Shown piece by piece: positions 38,936 to 48,830 of a DNA stretch of 64,000 bases. The DNA lies in the IMG/VR virus record IMGVR_UViG_3300009506_000001, positions 91,246 through 155,245 of that record; one strand, 5' to 3'. A program made the translations under genes and the position numbers. The notes beneath the pieces are model-generated. The model was not told the origin of the DNA, ran no database searches, and saw only the letters and a list, made by a program, of their open reading frames with translations. Numbering within the stretch: the stretch's first letter is position 1; each line of letters begins with the position of its first letter. Origin of the DNA: a virus.

Positions 38936-39761
38936 CGTCTATAGGGCCACCCTTCTTAACAAGACTTTGGCCTTGTTCAGCGAGTAAATCTTCCTCTGGC
39001 ATGAGGTACCGCTCTATATAGTTGCGGTCCTGTGTAAAGATGGGGATGTCCTCATCCTTAACATAAGCGGCAGATGAATCGAACGAGTTCGGGTTTGGAA
39101 TGATACAGCTACCACGCTTCATCCACGTTGGCAGATCATTCCAGTTAACCGGAGTGTCCATAGCCATCAACATATCCTGCACATCGCTGTTACTCTTGCC
39201 GTGCATTTGTTTGGCTGAGAAAAAGTGCCGACCGAGCATCTGCACACTGTTGCGAGACGCATCCTGTTGCCGCCAGATGAAGTAGTTTGCCACCTCCTCT
39301 TTCGGCAAGTTGAACACACGGGCATCGAATAGTGGAATATCCCCAAACCAACTTGGCTCCATCTCCTGAAATTTGTGGTAGAGATGATAGTTGAAGAAAC
39401 CCGTGGCCATGGCGGCAGCAACGGAAACAATTTTCTGTACCTTGGCATCAAACCACTGCTCCGTCTCATGCTTGTCCCAATCACGAAGAAGGATCGAGAT
39501 CTCATCGGACTGTGTGTATGCAAGTTCAGCGTTCTGCATGTGGGCACACATACCACGAGCGGTGACTGTCATAGTCTCGTGCAGCTTCACACTAAAGGGG
39601 GTTGCAACCAAGGACGGGTCAATGGCGTCGTTGATCTTTTTGGTCCATGTATGGAACGCTTTACCGTCCACACGAATGATAACGGGTGTACGACGCAGCA
39701 GTTTAGACTGCGTTGTCGCCTCGTAGGTCTTCATTCTGTTGCCGAGTGCTGTTTTGTCCAT
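38913..39761 (-). CDS. thg1: Thg1-like tRNA-His guanylyltransferase / 3'-5' polymerase
   Basis: RMK.YE, IRVDGKAFH, YTQSDEIS, FDAR and YFIWRQQDA.RNS motifs. Confidence 0.92.
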   Translation of the reverse strand: MDKTALGNRMKTYEATTQSKLLRRTPVIIRVDGKAFHTWTKKINDAIDPSLVATPFSVKLHETMTVTARGMCAHMQNAELAYTQSDEISILLRDWDKHETEQWFDAKVQKIVSVAAAMATGFFNYHLYHKFQEMEPSWFGDIPLFDARVFNLPKEEVANYFIWRQQDASRNSVQMLGRHFFSAKQMHGKSNSDVQDMLMAMDTPVNWNDLPTWMKRGSCIIPNPNSFDSSAAYVKDEDIPIFTQDRNYIERYLMPEEDLLAEQGQSLVKKGGPIDVDQYKKK

Positions 39762-39762
39762 T

Positions 39763-39993
39763 TCAATTCTTTTGGTGGATGGCTGTCCAAAACCAGTTGT
39801 CGCTACCCTCGTCGGAAGTCATCTTCTCTTCCAATTGTACGGCAGCTTCTCGTAACAGGGCAATGGTTGCTTGAACATCTTGGTTCTGGATGTAGGTCGT
39901 CTCCTCAGTGTTTGGTGAAATATTACGTAGAGCAAGTTCCACCATGTTCTTTGCAGAGTGTACCTCACTTGCATGTAATGACTGTCTGCTCAT
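39763..39993 (-). CDS. hypothetical protein
   Basis: Probable start MSRQSL with SD. Confidence 0.5.
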   Translation of the reverse strand: MSRQSLHASEVHSAKNMVELALRNISPNTEETTYIQNQDVQATIALLREAAVQLEEKMTSDEGSDNWFWTAIHQKN

Positions 39994-39995
39994 GG

Positions 39996-40289
39996 TTACC
40001 TCGTTAGTGTTGGATCGACTGGCGTCTCTTTGTTGAAACAGAATAGACCACCTTTGCCTTCGTTGCCGGCAACAAACACGCACTGTTTGTGTGGCGATGT
40101 TTCCGGTGTGAATTCGTATACACGCAAGTCTTCGCCTTGGGCTTCAAGCCGAGTGACGACATCGCTTGAGCGCGTGCTTGATGTTAGAATTGACCCATCC
40201 TCGAAAAGATAGATATCGGCCAAAGACCACAGGGCCATTATCACAACAACGGCCACTGCTACACCAATGTATTTCTGCATCTGAGTCAT
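39996..40289 (-). CDS. membrane-anchored hypothetical protein
   Basis: N-terminal TM; RVYEFTP..CVFV. Confidence 0.6.
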   Translation of the reverse strand: MTQMQKYIGVAVAVVVIMALWSLADIYLFEDGSILTSSTRSSDVVTRLEAQGEDLRVYEFTPETSPHKQCVFVAGNEGKGGLFCFNKETPVDPTLTR

Positions 40290-40291
40290 AA

Positions 40292-40822
40292 TTACCTCGC
40301 AAGTCCGAATTGATTGAGACGATTCATCAGATCGTACTCCCATTTGGAGATAGCAAACATTGTTTGCTCCTGAACATTGAACCCCAAGTTGTTGTCTGGG
40401 CCGACAACAATGTTCCCTTCTTCTTCCAACATCTGCCGGATTGTCCGAGTGCCATCACGACGAGGACGTTCACTGCGGATGCCTTTGGCGATCAGGTAGA
40501 TTTCCTCAGGCAAGACGATACTGAGCGTCGTTAATATACCGCCGAGTGAATCGTCGCCCTCGTAGAATGGTGCCCACGGATACGGATTTTCGTCCGTGTC
40601 GAAGAATTCCATTAACTCTTGAATGGTTTCCATATAGCCGCCATTGAGCAAAACCATTGTTTTGTGCTCACGTGCCCATTCATCTAGTACTTCGAATTCG
40701 CCACTGGGATCGTCGTTGAAACCAGGCATGTATTTGGTGAATAGTTCGTGAGTGGCATGGGCAGCCTGAATGCCCTGTTGGATAGACGACAAATACATAT
40801 TGCCGAAGTAGTATGCGCGCAC
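40292..40822 (-). CDS. Pth2-like (peptidyl-tRNA hydrolase II fold) protein
   Basis: LSSIQQGIQAAHA, W....KT.VLL and F.E....G..T pattern. Confidence 0.55.
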   Translation of the reverse strand: MRAYYFGNMYLSSIQQGIQAAHATHELFTKYMPGFNDDPSGEFEVLDEWAREHKTMVLLNGGYMETIQELMEFFDTDENPYPWAPFYEGDDSLGGILTTLSIVLPEEIYLIAKGIRSERPRRDGTRTIRQMLEEEGNIVVGPDNNLGFNVQEQTMFAISKWEYDLMNRLNQFGLAR

Positions 40823-41024
40823 GGGAATCTCCTTAAATTTGCTTTTCTACACTATACCCAAAGAGGAACGGCGTGTCAAGCGTAAATACGAGCCACTCCA
40901 TGCAATATTGACCAAATATTGAAGGACTTTTCCGAAATTTTGTAAATACGCTGAGGTATGGAGGATATCTGGTGTATTCTCCTAATTGCAACTTAAACAT
41001 CTGTTATAGAGGTTAAATCATATT

Positions 41025-41480
41025 ATGGCCACAAAGGTGTGTAAAACCAACGTTAAAGGTGACGTGACTGAGCTTTTAGCAAAACTAGTAAGTCAAACTG
41101 AGGAAGCGATCGTTTGCGTAGAATGTGACCATAAGGCCATCGTTCTATTCAATGCCGGTGCGGAGCGACTATTTGGCTGGAAGGCTGATGAAATACTAGG
41201 CAAGGATGTCGCTACAATCATGCCTCATCAACCCCGTAAAGAGACAAAAGTAAAAGCAATTGGAACACGTCACGATGGAAGCAAGTTTCCAATTTCAATT
41301 TCAATTTCAACCGTCGATTTTAATGGAAAGGAATATTGTGCAGCAATAGTTCGAGAAGTTGAATCGTCTCTGACGGACGAAATGGCCGAATTGGTGGCCT
41401 ACCGAAAGACAAGAAAGCAAGAGTTGTTAAAAGAAATTGGTACGATTGTAGATCTAAAAATCGCAAGCCGCCAAAGATAA
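41025..41480 (+). CDS. stand-alone PAS-domain protein
   Basis: EAIV..D..IVLFNAGAERLFGW...E.LGK.V..IMP; R.DGS.FPI.ISIS. Confidence 0.85.
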   Translation: MATKVCKTNVKGDVTELLAKLVSQTEEAIVCVECDHKAIVLFNAGAERLFGWKADEILGKDVATIMPHQPRKETKVKAIGTRHDGSKFPISISISTVDFNGKEYCAAIVREVESSLTDEMAELVAYRKTRKQELLKEIGTIVDLKIASRQR

Positions 41481-41509
41481 CAGTACACGCAGTAGAGGGA
41501 GAAACTGTT

Positions 41510-41893
41510 TTGGAAAGTTTTGTAATAACTATTCCTGAGGCAATTGCTATAGTTGGGTCTGTTGTAACCATTGTTTTGGGTCTTTTTGGGTACTTACTTA
41601 AAGTACGTCCAACGCAGACAGCAAAACAAGAACGACAAGAGAAACCAGCTGAGGCCGGAGTACCTTATTTGGAAGGGCAGGTGCAATTGGCTCATGAGCG
41701 TATTTCAGAGGTCAAGGATCGGGTTATCGTCATTGAAGGTGATGTGCGGTTGACTGTGTCTAAATTGGAAGCAGTTCGTGCCGCAATGAGCGACCATCAA
41801 GCACGTGATGATCAGGATCATGAGATGTTTGAAAAGAAACTCGATAAGATGATGGATATTCTTATCAAGATATTAACCGACGACAAACTATAA
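41510..41893 (+). CDS. single-TM coiled-coil protein (holin/antiholin-like topology)
   Basis: N-terminal TM helix followed by a coiled coil. Confidence 0.5.
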   Translation: MESFVITIPEAIAIVGSVVTIVLGLFGYLLKVRPTQTAKQERQEKPAEAGVPYLEGQVQLAHERISEVKDRVIVIEGDVRLTVSKLEAVRAAMSDHQARDDQDHEMFEKKLDKMMDILIKILTDDKL

Positions 41894-41894
41894 T

Positions 41895-41919
41895 AAAAGG
41901 CCGCTTAAAGCGGCCTTTT
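41895..41919. terminator. bidirectional intrinsic terminator
   Basis: AAAAGGCCGC-TTAAA-GCGGCCTTTT between convergent genes. Confidence 0.85.
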
Positions 41920-41937
41920 GGTCTCCAGGGTTGTTGT

Positions 41938-42726
41938 TTATTTTAGATCTGCTAGATGTTCTGTAGCAATGATCCACCTCTTACAAAAATCACCTCGTAC
42001 AATATCATGCTTTGTAAACTGGATACTTTCGAAGTTTGGTAGATCCTTCATCACATCAATCAGTACTTTCATGCCGCTCTTATCACGACCGCTGTGAGGC
42101 AAATCTGCCTGTGGGATGTCACCTGTATAGATAACACGTGAATTGTGTCCCACACGAGTCATGACAGAGTCAATTTCATGAAAGTTCATATTCTGTCCTT
42201 CCTCAACAATAACAACGGCATTGTTCCAAGTCAGACCACGAATGAAGGAAGTAGGCATAAACGAAATCAAACCTGCGTCTTTCATATCTCTGTATGTGGA
42301 TGGGCGATCAAATAGTTCAGCACAGATCTCGCGATAAGGAGCTTCATACTCAGACATTTTCTCATCTAGTGTGCCAGGTAAGTGTCCGACATCTCGTGTC
42401 GCAACATTGGAACGCACGATGATAATGTGAGTAGCTTCTGTTCGCTGATCAAGAACTTCTTGGAATGCTAGATATAATGCTAGGAAAGTTTTACCTGTAC
42501 CGGCAGTGCCGTGTGCACAGATATCTTCCCCGTTGTAGAACGCATGGAACATATCTTCCTGCGTTGGTGACATTGGTCGAATTGTCTTCAAATCATGAAG
42601 AGTCCATTTCTTCTTAATAGGTCCTTCCTCCATTGCTTTCGTATTGTTGATGTTTATGTCGTTTAGAAATCTGATTTCTTCACGTAGTTTGGATTGTGTC
42701 TTGCGTTGTCTTGACTTTCTAGCCAT
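41938..42726 (-). CDS. phoH: PhoH-family ATPase
   Basis: GTAGTGKT, G.LPGTLDEK, FIRGLT, EEGQN, TRVG, GD..Q.D and DIVR motifs. Confidence 0.93.
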   Translation of the reverse strand: MARKSRQRKTQSKLREEIRFLNDININNTKAMEEGPIKKKWTLHDLKTIRPMSPTQEDMFHAFYNGEDICAHGTAGTGKTFLALYLAFQEVLDQRTEATHIIIVRSNVATRDVGHLPGTLDEKMSEYEAPYREICAELFDRPSTYRDMKDAGLISFMPTSFIRGLTWNNAVVIVEEGQNMNFHEIDSVMTRVGHNSRVIYTGDIPQADLPHSGRDKSGMKVLIDVMKDLPNFESIQFTKHDIVRGDFCKRWIIATEHLADLK

Positions 42727-42786
42727 AGGAGACGCTCTCCCTTGTTTTGGTTGTTATGGACGTCCTGTCCGTGTTTGTATTACATA

Positions 42787-43119
42787 CTACACAATCTGTT
42801 CTTCGTTAAAATCACCCCCTAGTTCTGGTTCCGTAAATTGTAGATTGTTTAAGATGGCAAACGATCTGACGTGCTGATAGGCCAAAGGATGGATATCTTT
42901 CAGTTCTGAATTGACATGCACCTCGCAATAGTGAGGTGTGCAGCAAATGGTGATGTATCGGGAAATTGAAATGCACGCTTTACGTTCTTCGATTGAATGA
43001 GCGTCCGTTGCGAAAGCGAGGTGTGTGCAAGCGTGAGTATAGTGCCCAACCAGCATTTCAGCCCAATCGCTTGGGCGAAACTTCTTACCCTCATTTGTGA
43101 TGCCACGCACCACCAACAT
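42787..43119 (-). CDS. DUF3579-like protein
   Basis: GIT..GK.FRPSDWAE...FA..NNL. Confidence 0.7.
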   Translation of the reverse strand: MLVVRGITNEGKKFRPSDWAEMLVGHYTHACTHLAFATDAHSIEERKACISISRYITICCTPHYCEVHVNSELKDIHPLAYQHVRSFAILNNLQFTEPELGGDFNEEQIV

Positions 43120-43198
43120 CCGCAGGAACTCCTGTTACCTCTGTGTGAGTAATTGTCTTCTTATAACTTTAGGGAAGCAATTGCTTCCCTAAAAGTAT

Positions 43199-44773
43199 TT
43201 ATGCATCATCGTCGATGAAGACGTCAAGCGAGGAACGCTCGTCCGTAAGTTCGTATAATGCCCAGGTTTTTCCTGTGGCGTCCGTGCTCTCTAATTTGAC
43301 GTCGTATCCCCACAGCACTCGAGCGTGCTTCAACGTCTCCTGAGCAGAGTCCTGATCGAGCGGACGACGATCACGGATAATGTGCTGTAGAGTCATCGAA
43401 CGATCGCCCCATCTGTCAACACCACCCCTTTTCACCTGGATCTCAGGTACGTTCGTTCCACGATTGTACTGGTTGGAAAGAGCAGAGCGGATGTGTCTGT
43501 ACCCGTCGTAGTTGTGGATGGCGGAGATTTCAAGCTTTGGATCTTGGTCGTCATCAAGAACTGAAAACAGATGGAAGTCACGGATTACTTTTGGTGACAG
43601 GAACTCGAGAACGAAGCTGTCATCTTTGAAGTTTGCAGCGGCCCACAGAATGTTGTCAAGCCATTTGCCATTGCCGACCCAATCCTTATGCTTGAACCAG
43701 TCAAGGTCTTCTTGGGTGGGCTCCATGCTGATTCGCTTGATATCTTGGTACATAGCAAAACCGAGAGCATATACGTTAATGCCGCTGTACCACTTCGAGT
43801 CGTAACCAGGCTGGAATGTGACGTTTGTGTGGCTCTCGAGGAACTCCATCATGTAGCCATCACCGATCAGACCTTCATCATACAACTCGTTGAGAATGGT
43901 GTAGTGGATGAAAGTCGCAAACCCTTCGTTCATCAGCTGCGTCTGCATTTGCGGATAGAAGTACTGGCTCAGCTTGCGGACAATGCGGATGATTTCACGC
44001 TTCCACTGAGGAAGGTTTGGAGCACTCTTTTCGATGAAGTATAGAAGGTTCTCCACGCTGTCATCAGGGAACGCAGGACCTGAATCTGTAGCTTGTTCAG
44101 GCTCGGTGTTCGGAACAGTCGTCATCCAGACTTCATTGATCTGGGACTGAATCCATTTTGCACGCTCCTCCGCTTCGGCCTTTTCTTGGGCAGCAGACGG
44201 TTGAGGTGGACGTTTGTACTTATCGATTCCGTAGTATTGAAGTGCATGGCACGCATCCAACACCTCTTCGACTTCTTCATCGCCGTACATCTCTTCGCAT
44301 TCACGAATGTACTTTTTGGCGAATGACAGGTAGTCCACGATCGAACTGGCATCTGTCCACTGCTTGAACATGTAGTTGTTTTTGAAGAAGTGGTTGTGGC
44401 CGAATGATGCGTGAGCCATGACAAGGATCTGCATCAGCATGGTGTTCTCTTCCATTAGGTATGCAATGCAAGGATCGGAGTTGATAACAACCTCATATGC
44501 CAGGCCCATACGACCACGCTTGTACCGTTCCATCTCTTCCACAAACTGCATGCCCGTTGACCAATGGTCGTAGTAAAGCGGCATTGCGTGTGTGGCGTAT
44601 GCCTCAAGCATCTGCTCAGCGGAGATAATCTCCAACTGGTTTGGATACACGTTGAGTTTGAGCTTTTCTGTTCCTATACGAGCGATCTCGTTGTAGTAGT
44701 CATCGAGCAGGTCATAGTTCCATTCCGCCCCTGTCGCCAACGGCTCAACTCGCTTTTCGGTGTTTTCGCTCAT
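43199..44773 (-). CDS. ycgB: SpoVR/YcgB family protein
   Basis: YPNQLEII, MP..Y.HWS.G, GLAYEVVINS.PCIAYLME.N, GHNHFFKNN and MNEGFA motifs. Confidence 0.93.
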   Translation of the reverse strand: MSENTEKRVEPLATGAEWNYDLLDDYYNEIARIGTEKLKLNVYPNQLEIISAEQMLEAYATHAMPLYYDHWSTGMQFVEEMERYKRGRMGLAYEVVINSDPCIAYLMEENTMLMQILVMAHASFGHNHFFKNNYMFKQWTDASSIVDYLSFAKKYIRECEEMYGDEEVEEVLDACHALQYYGIDKYKRPPQPSAAQEKAEAEERAKWIQSQINEVWMTTVPNTEPEQATDSGPAFPDDSVENLLYFIEKSAPNLPQWKREIIRIVRKLSQYFYPQMQTQLMNEGFATFIHYTILNELYDEGLIGDGYMMEFLESHTNVTFQPGYDSKWYSGINVYALGFAMYQDIKRISMEPTQEDLDWFKHKDWVGNGKWLDNILWAAANFKDDSFVLEFLSPKVIRDFHLFSVLDDDQDPKLEISAIHNYDGYRHIRSALSNQYNRGTNVPEIQVKRGGVDRWGDRSMTLQHIIRDRRPLDQDSAQETLKHARVLWGYDVKLESTDATGKTWALYELTDERSSLDVFIDDDA

Positions 44774-44784
44774 TCTAAATCCTC

Positions 44785-46086
44785 TTAGTTCTTACGGAAC
44801 AAATCTTTGAATACTGGGTATATGTCAGCAGCGTCAGTAACCTTTTCCATTCTAAAGTTCTTGTGCTGTGCCTGCAGTGATTCAAACTTGGGCCACAAAT
44901 CGGACTGGCGGTTTGGATTCTCCGCAAGTTCAATATACGCATAATAGCGTAGGATTGGCAACAGATCGCTCTTCAAAATATCGATTGCGACATGCGTATC
45001 GTCTGACCAGTTGTCACCATCAGATGCCTGTGAAGCGTATATGTTCCACTCAGCTGGGTCAAATCGTTCAGCGATAATCTCTTTGGTTAGATCCAACGCT
45101 GACGACACAATAGTACCACCAGTCTCCCGATCGTAGAAGAACGTCTCTTCGTCCACTTCATCGGCCACAGTGTGGTGACGAATGAACACAACTTCTACAC
45201 GTTCATAGCTTCTAGTCAAAAACAGATACAGCAGCATGAAGAATCGTTTGGCCATCTCTTTGTGCCATTCTCCCATACTGCCTGATACGTCCATGATGCA
45301 GAACATAACAGCCTGTGTTGTGGGAACTGGAACTCTTTCCCAACGGTTGTAACGAAGGTCCGTGTCGTCGACAAAAGGAATGGCTCGTAGCTTTCTCTTC
45401 AGTTTCTTGATTTCCTCACGAAGGCGAGTCTGTTCATCACGCATGTCTTGAGGAACTGGCTTTCCTTGTGATTCAAGGTCAGCGATGTTTACTGTAAGGG
45501 TTGCCTCTTCTACTTCTAGTTCTTTCAACTTCTTCTTCTTGCCCTTACGCATTAGACCAATGCGACGTCCCTTCGACTGACGCATTGTCCTTTCAATGTT
45601 CAACTGTGCCGCTGTTCCATCTACTGAGAACCCAGCACGTTTGTTTTCGAAGTTTTCGGTTTGCTTGATGGTGTTGTTTTCGAGATCAGGCAGCTCACAA
45701 TCCTCGAAGAATATGTCGAGGAACTCTTTCTGTGTCAGGGTGAACTCGAACTCGTCCTGACCTTCGCCATCTTTGGAACCGCCACTACCACTACCACTGC
45801 CACCGGATGGACGGTCAATGCGTTCGCCTTGTTGGAATTTCTTGTTGCCAGGATGAACACCTTCGCGTTTACCACCCTTGCCGTGGTTGAAGGTTGGCTG
45901 TCCAAGATCCTTCTTAGGAATGTTAATCTTTTTGCCGTTGCCGTTGACAAGGTCATCGATACTTCCAGAAGCGATAGCCTCTTTGATACGTTCCTTTACC
46001 TGATTCTTGACACGTCTGAGGAATTTTTGACGATTACCAGAACTACGCTTTGGGTTCTGTGTCCGGTCGATTATCGTGTAAGCCAT
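44785..46086 (-). CDS. yeaH: YeaH/YhbH (UPF0229, VWA-like) protein
   Basis: NRQKFLRR, PGNK.F..G, AVMFCIMDVSGSM, ETGGT.VSSAL and QASDGDN motifs. Confidence 0.93.
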   Translation of the reverse strand: MAYTIIDRTQNPKRSSGNRQKFLRRVKNQVKERIKEAIASGSIDDLVNGNGKKINIPKKDLGQPTFNHGKGGKREGVHPGNKKFQQGERIDRPSGGSGSGSGGSKDGEGQDEFEFTLTQKEFLDIFFEDCELPDLENNTIKQTENFENKRAGFSVDGTAAQLNIERTMRQSKGRRIGLMRKGKKKKLKELEVEEATLTVNIADLESQGKPVPQDMRDEQTRLREEIKKLKRKLRAIPFVDDTDLRYNRWERVPVPTTQAVMFCIMDVSGSMGEWHKEMAKRFFMLLYLFLTRSYERVEVVFIRHHTVADEVDEETFFYDRETGGTIVSSALDLTKEIIAERFDPAEWNIYASQASDGDNWSDDTHVAIDILKSDLLPILRYYAYIELAENPNRQSDLWPKFESLQAQHKNFRMEKVTDAADIYPVFKDLFRKN

Positions 46087-46116
46087 TTGAACTCCGTTGT
46101 TGTAAGTGAAGAGTTT

Positions 46117-46136
46117 GGGGCCTCTTTCGAGGCCCC
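46117..46136 (-). other. GC-rich hairpin between prkA and yeaH
   Basis: GGGGCCTC-GAAA-GAGGCCCC with no U-tract. Confidence 0.5.
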
Positions 46137-46147
46137 GCCTCTAGTAC

Positions 46148-48100
46148 TTAGTTGTGCTTACGATAACGCATGAACCATTCAACAAGCAAGCGAACCTGCT
46201 TCTTGGTGTATCCCTTCTCAGTCATACGATTAACGAAGTCATCGTGCTTCTGCTGTTCGTCCTTGGAAGCCTTCTTGCCGAAAGAAATGACTGGCAGAAG
46301 TTCTTCGGTGTTGGCGAACATCTTCTTCTCGATGACCTCACGGAGCTTCTCATAGGAAGTCCATGCAGGAGACTTGCCGGCGTTGTTGGCCTTCGCACGT
46401 AGGACGTACTGGACAACTTCGTTACGGAAGTCTTTCGGATTGGCGATGCCAGCGGACTTCTCGACACCTTCTAGCCATTCGTTCAGACCTTCACGGTCGA
46501 ATGCTTCACCTGTATCGGGATCACGATAATCCTGATCCTGAATCCAGAAGTCAGCGTACTGGATGTAACGCTCGAACAGATTCTGTCCGTACTCGTCGTA
46601 CGCTTCCAGATAGGCCTTCTGGATCTCGTCGCCGATGAAGTCAGCGTACTTCGGTGCCAGGATGCCACGAATGAAGCTGATCCACTGCTCTTCGATTTCC
46701 TTCGGATACTGCTCCTGCTGGATCTGCTTCTCGAGGATGAACATCAGGTGAACAGGGTTGGCTGCAACCTCGTCGCTGTCGTAGTTGAAGACCTTCGACA
46801 TGATCTTGAAAGCCTGACGAGTGGAGAAGCCACTCATGCCTTCATCAACACCTGCGAACTCACGGTACTCTGTGATTGACTTCGCCTTTGGATCTTTGTC
46901 CTTCATGGACTCGCCGTTGTAAATCTTCATCTTCGAGTAGAAGACGCTGTTCTCTGGCTGATGCAGACGGGACAGAACGGAGAACTGTGCCATCATCTCA
47001 AGAGTGCCAGGTGCACATGCAGCTTCGCTCAGCTCACTGTTTGCCAGCAGCTTCTCGTAGATCTTGACCTCTTCGCTGTAGCGAAGGGTGTATGGGACCT
47101 TCACGATGTAAACACGATCCAAGAACGCTTCGTTGTTCTTGTTGTTACGGAAGGTTGTCCATTCCGACTCGTTCGAGTGAGCAAGCAGAATACCCTGGAA
47201 AGGAATGGCACCGAACTGCTCTGTACCGTTGTAGTGACCTTCCTGTGTGGCGGTCAGCATTGGGTGGAGCATCTTGATTGGAGCCTTGAACATCTCCACG
47301 AACTCCATCATGCCCTGCGTGGTGACGTTCAGACCACCGGCCCAGTTGTATGCATCGGGATCGTCCTGATCGTAGTCCTCAAGGAGACGGATATTGACCT
47401 TACCAACCAGAGCGGAGATATCCTGATTGTTTTCATCACCAGGCTCAACTTTCGTCACACCAACCTGATTCAGAACAGAAGGCCAAACCTTCACAACCTT
47501 AAACTGGGTGAGGTCACCGTCGGCCTCTTCGAGACGCTTGACAGCCCAAGGCGAAAGGATGGAGCCGAGATAACGTGAAGCAATGCCGTATTCGGACTGC
47601 AGTTCGTCGGCGTCGCTCTCTTTGTCGAACAAGCCCAGTGGGTTTTCGTAGATTGGGGAGATTTCCCAACGGCTGTGATCCTTGTTGTATGCCTTGAGAG
47701 CATAGAAAGGAACTCGCTCGATCAGAGCCTTGAGGCGTTCAGCCAGTGAGGACTTACCACCGCCGACCGGACCCAATAGATAAAGGACCTGCTTGCTTTC
47801 TTCAAGGCCCTGTGCGGCGTGCTTGAAGTAGGCGACAATCTTCTCGACAACCTCTTCCATGCCATAGAATTCGCTGAACGCAGGGTACACACGAATTTTG
47901 CGGTTCGAGAACAGACGGCTCAGATGCTCGTCTTTGCGTGTATCGATGACCTTGGGTTCACCGATCGCCTTGAGCATTCTTTCGGATGCTGTGGCATAAG
48001 CCATAGGATCAGTCTTACAGAGTTCGAGATACTCCATGACTGTCATTTCCTCTGGCTTGTGGGTCTCAAACCGCTCTTTGTATTTGTCGAGAATACTCAT
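46148..48100 (-). CDS. yeaG: PrkA/YeaG AAA+ serine protein kinase
   Basis: LLGPVGGGKSS, EPGDENNQDIS.LVGK, EFVEMFKAPIK.LHP.LTATQEG and NNEAFLDR motifs. Confidence 0.95.
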   Translation of the reverse strand: MSILDKYKERFETHKPEEMTVMEYLELCKTDPMAYATASERMLKAIGEPKVIDTRKDEHLSRLFSNRKIRVYPAFSEFYGMEEVVEKIVAYFKHAAQGLEESKQVLYLLGPVGGGKSSLAERLKALIERVPFYALKAYNKDHSRWEISPIYENPLGLFDKESDADELQSEYGIASRYLGSILSPWAVKRLEEADGDLTQFKVVKVWPSVLNQVGVTKVEPGDENNQDISALVGKVNIRLLEDYDQDDPDAYNWAGGLNVTTQGMMEFVEMFKAPIKMLHPMLTATQEGHYNGTEQFGAIPFQGILLAHSNESEWTTFRNNKNNEAFLDRVYIVKVPYTLRYSEEVKIYEKLLANSELSEAACAPGTLEMMAQFSVLSRLHQPENSVFYSKMKIYNGESMKDKDPKAKSITEYREFAGVDEGMSGFSTRQAFKIMSKVFNYDSDEVAANPVHLMFILEKQIQQEQYPKEIEEQWISFIRGILAPKYADFIGDEIQKAYLEAYDEYGQNLFERYIQYADFWIQDQDYRDPDTGEAFDREGLNEWLEGVEKSAGIANPKDFRNEVVQYVLRAKANNAGKSPAWTSYEKLREVIEKKMFANTEELLPVISFGKKASKDEQQKHDDFVNRMTEKGYTKKQVRLLVEWFMRYRKHN

Positions 48101-48173
48101 GAATCTTATACTCCTATTGGATTATGGTGTGCTGGTAAATAACCTTACTTCAAATGTGAGATGATTTCAACTC

Positions 48174-48830
48174 TTAAGCGTACCATAAAAATGGCCGCAA
48201 TTTAATTGCTCGTACGAGCATCTCTTCGTCTTCCTCTCGCCACCTTTCTTCCTCTTTCATCAAATCGTCCAAGTACTTGCGATAAGCAACAACATCGAGG
48301 TCTTCTCTGTACTTATCGTTCATAAACCTGTCCATACTAATACGAGGTTCAGGACGCTGTTTTTCGAATTCCTTTTCACGATTGGGATAAATTTCTTTAT
48401 ACCAATGAACTAGTTCCATCATTTCTTTCCACGCTGTTGCGTGGGGCAAATCAAAATCCCAATCTACAACATCCCACGCCTTGTTGTTCTCAACGAACTC
48501 GCAGAGTAAAGCGAACACTGCCTCGAACATACGAATATCTGGGTCATAGTAGCCAGGTTTAAGGCGAGTGCGGACAACGTGATATCGGTGTCGGGGATGA
48601 AAACGATGATAGATTTTTGCTTTAAGACGACTGAAGAATCTGTGGATGCCATACTTCCAAATGTCGTCCCAAAAGTCAGGGAGGCTCTCATAAAAGAAGT
48701 AACGGACGGGATAATTGGACTGCATGTCCTCTCTCCATTCGTCCCACTCGTGCCATTGAAGAGCGAGCGGCTTGTGCCAATCGAATCTTCCTGTGGGATC
48801 TGCCCATCTCTTATTTGAGTCGGATGTCAC
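48174..48830 (-). CDS. hypothetical phage protein
   Basis: 218 aa, W-rich. Confidence 0.65.
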   Translation of the reverse strand: MTSDSNKRWADPTGRFDWHKPLALQWHEWDEWREDMQSNYPVRYFFYESLPDFWDDIWKYGIHRFFSRLKAKIYHRFHPRHRYHVVRTRLKPGYYDPDIRMFEAVFALLCEFVENNKAWDVVDWDFDLPHATAWKEMMELVHWYKEIYPNREKEFEKQRPEPRISMDRFMNDKYREDLDVVAYRKYLDDLMKEEERWREEDEEMLVRAIKLRPFLWYA

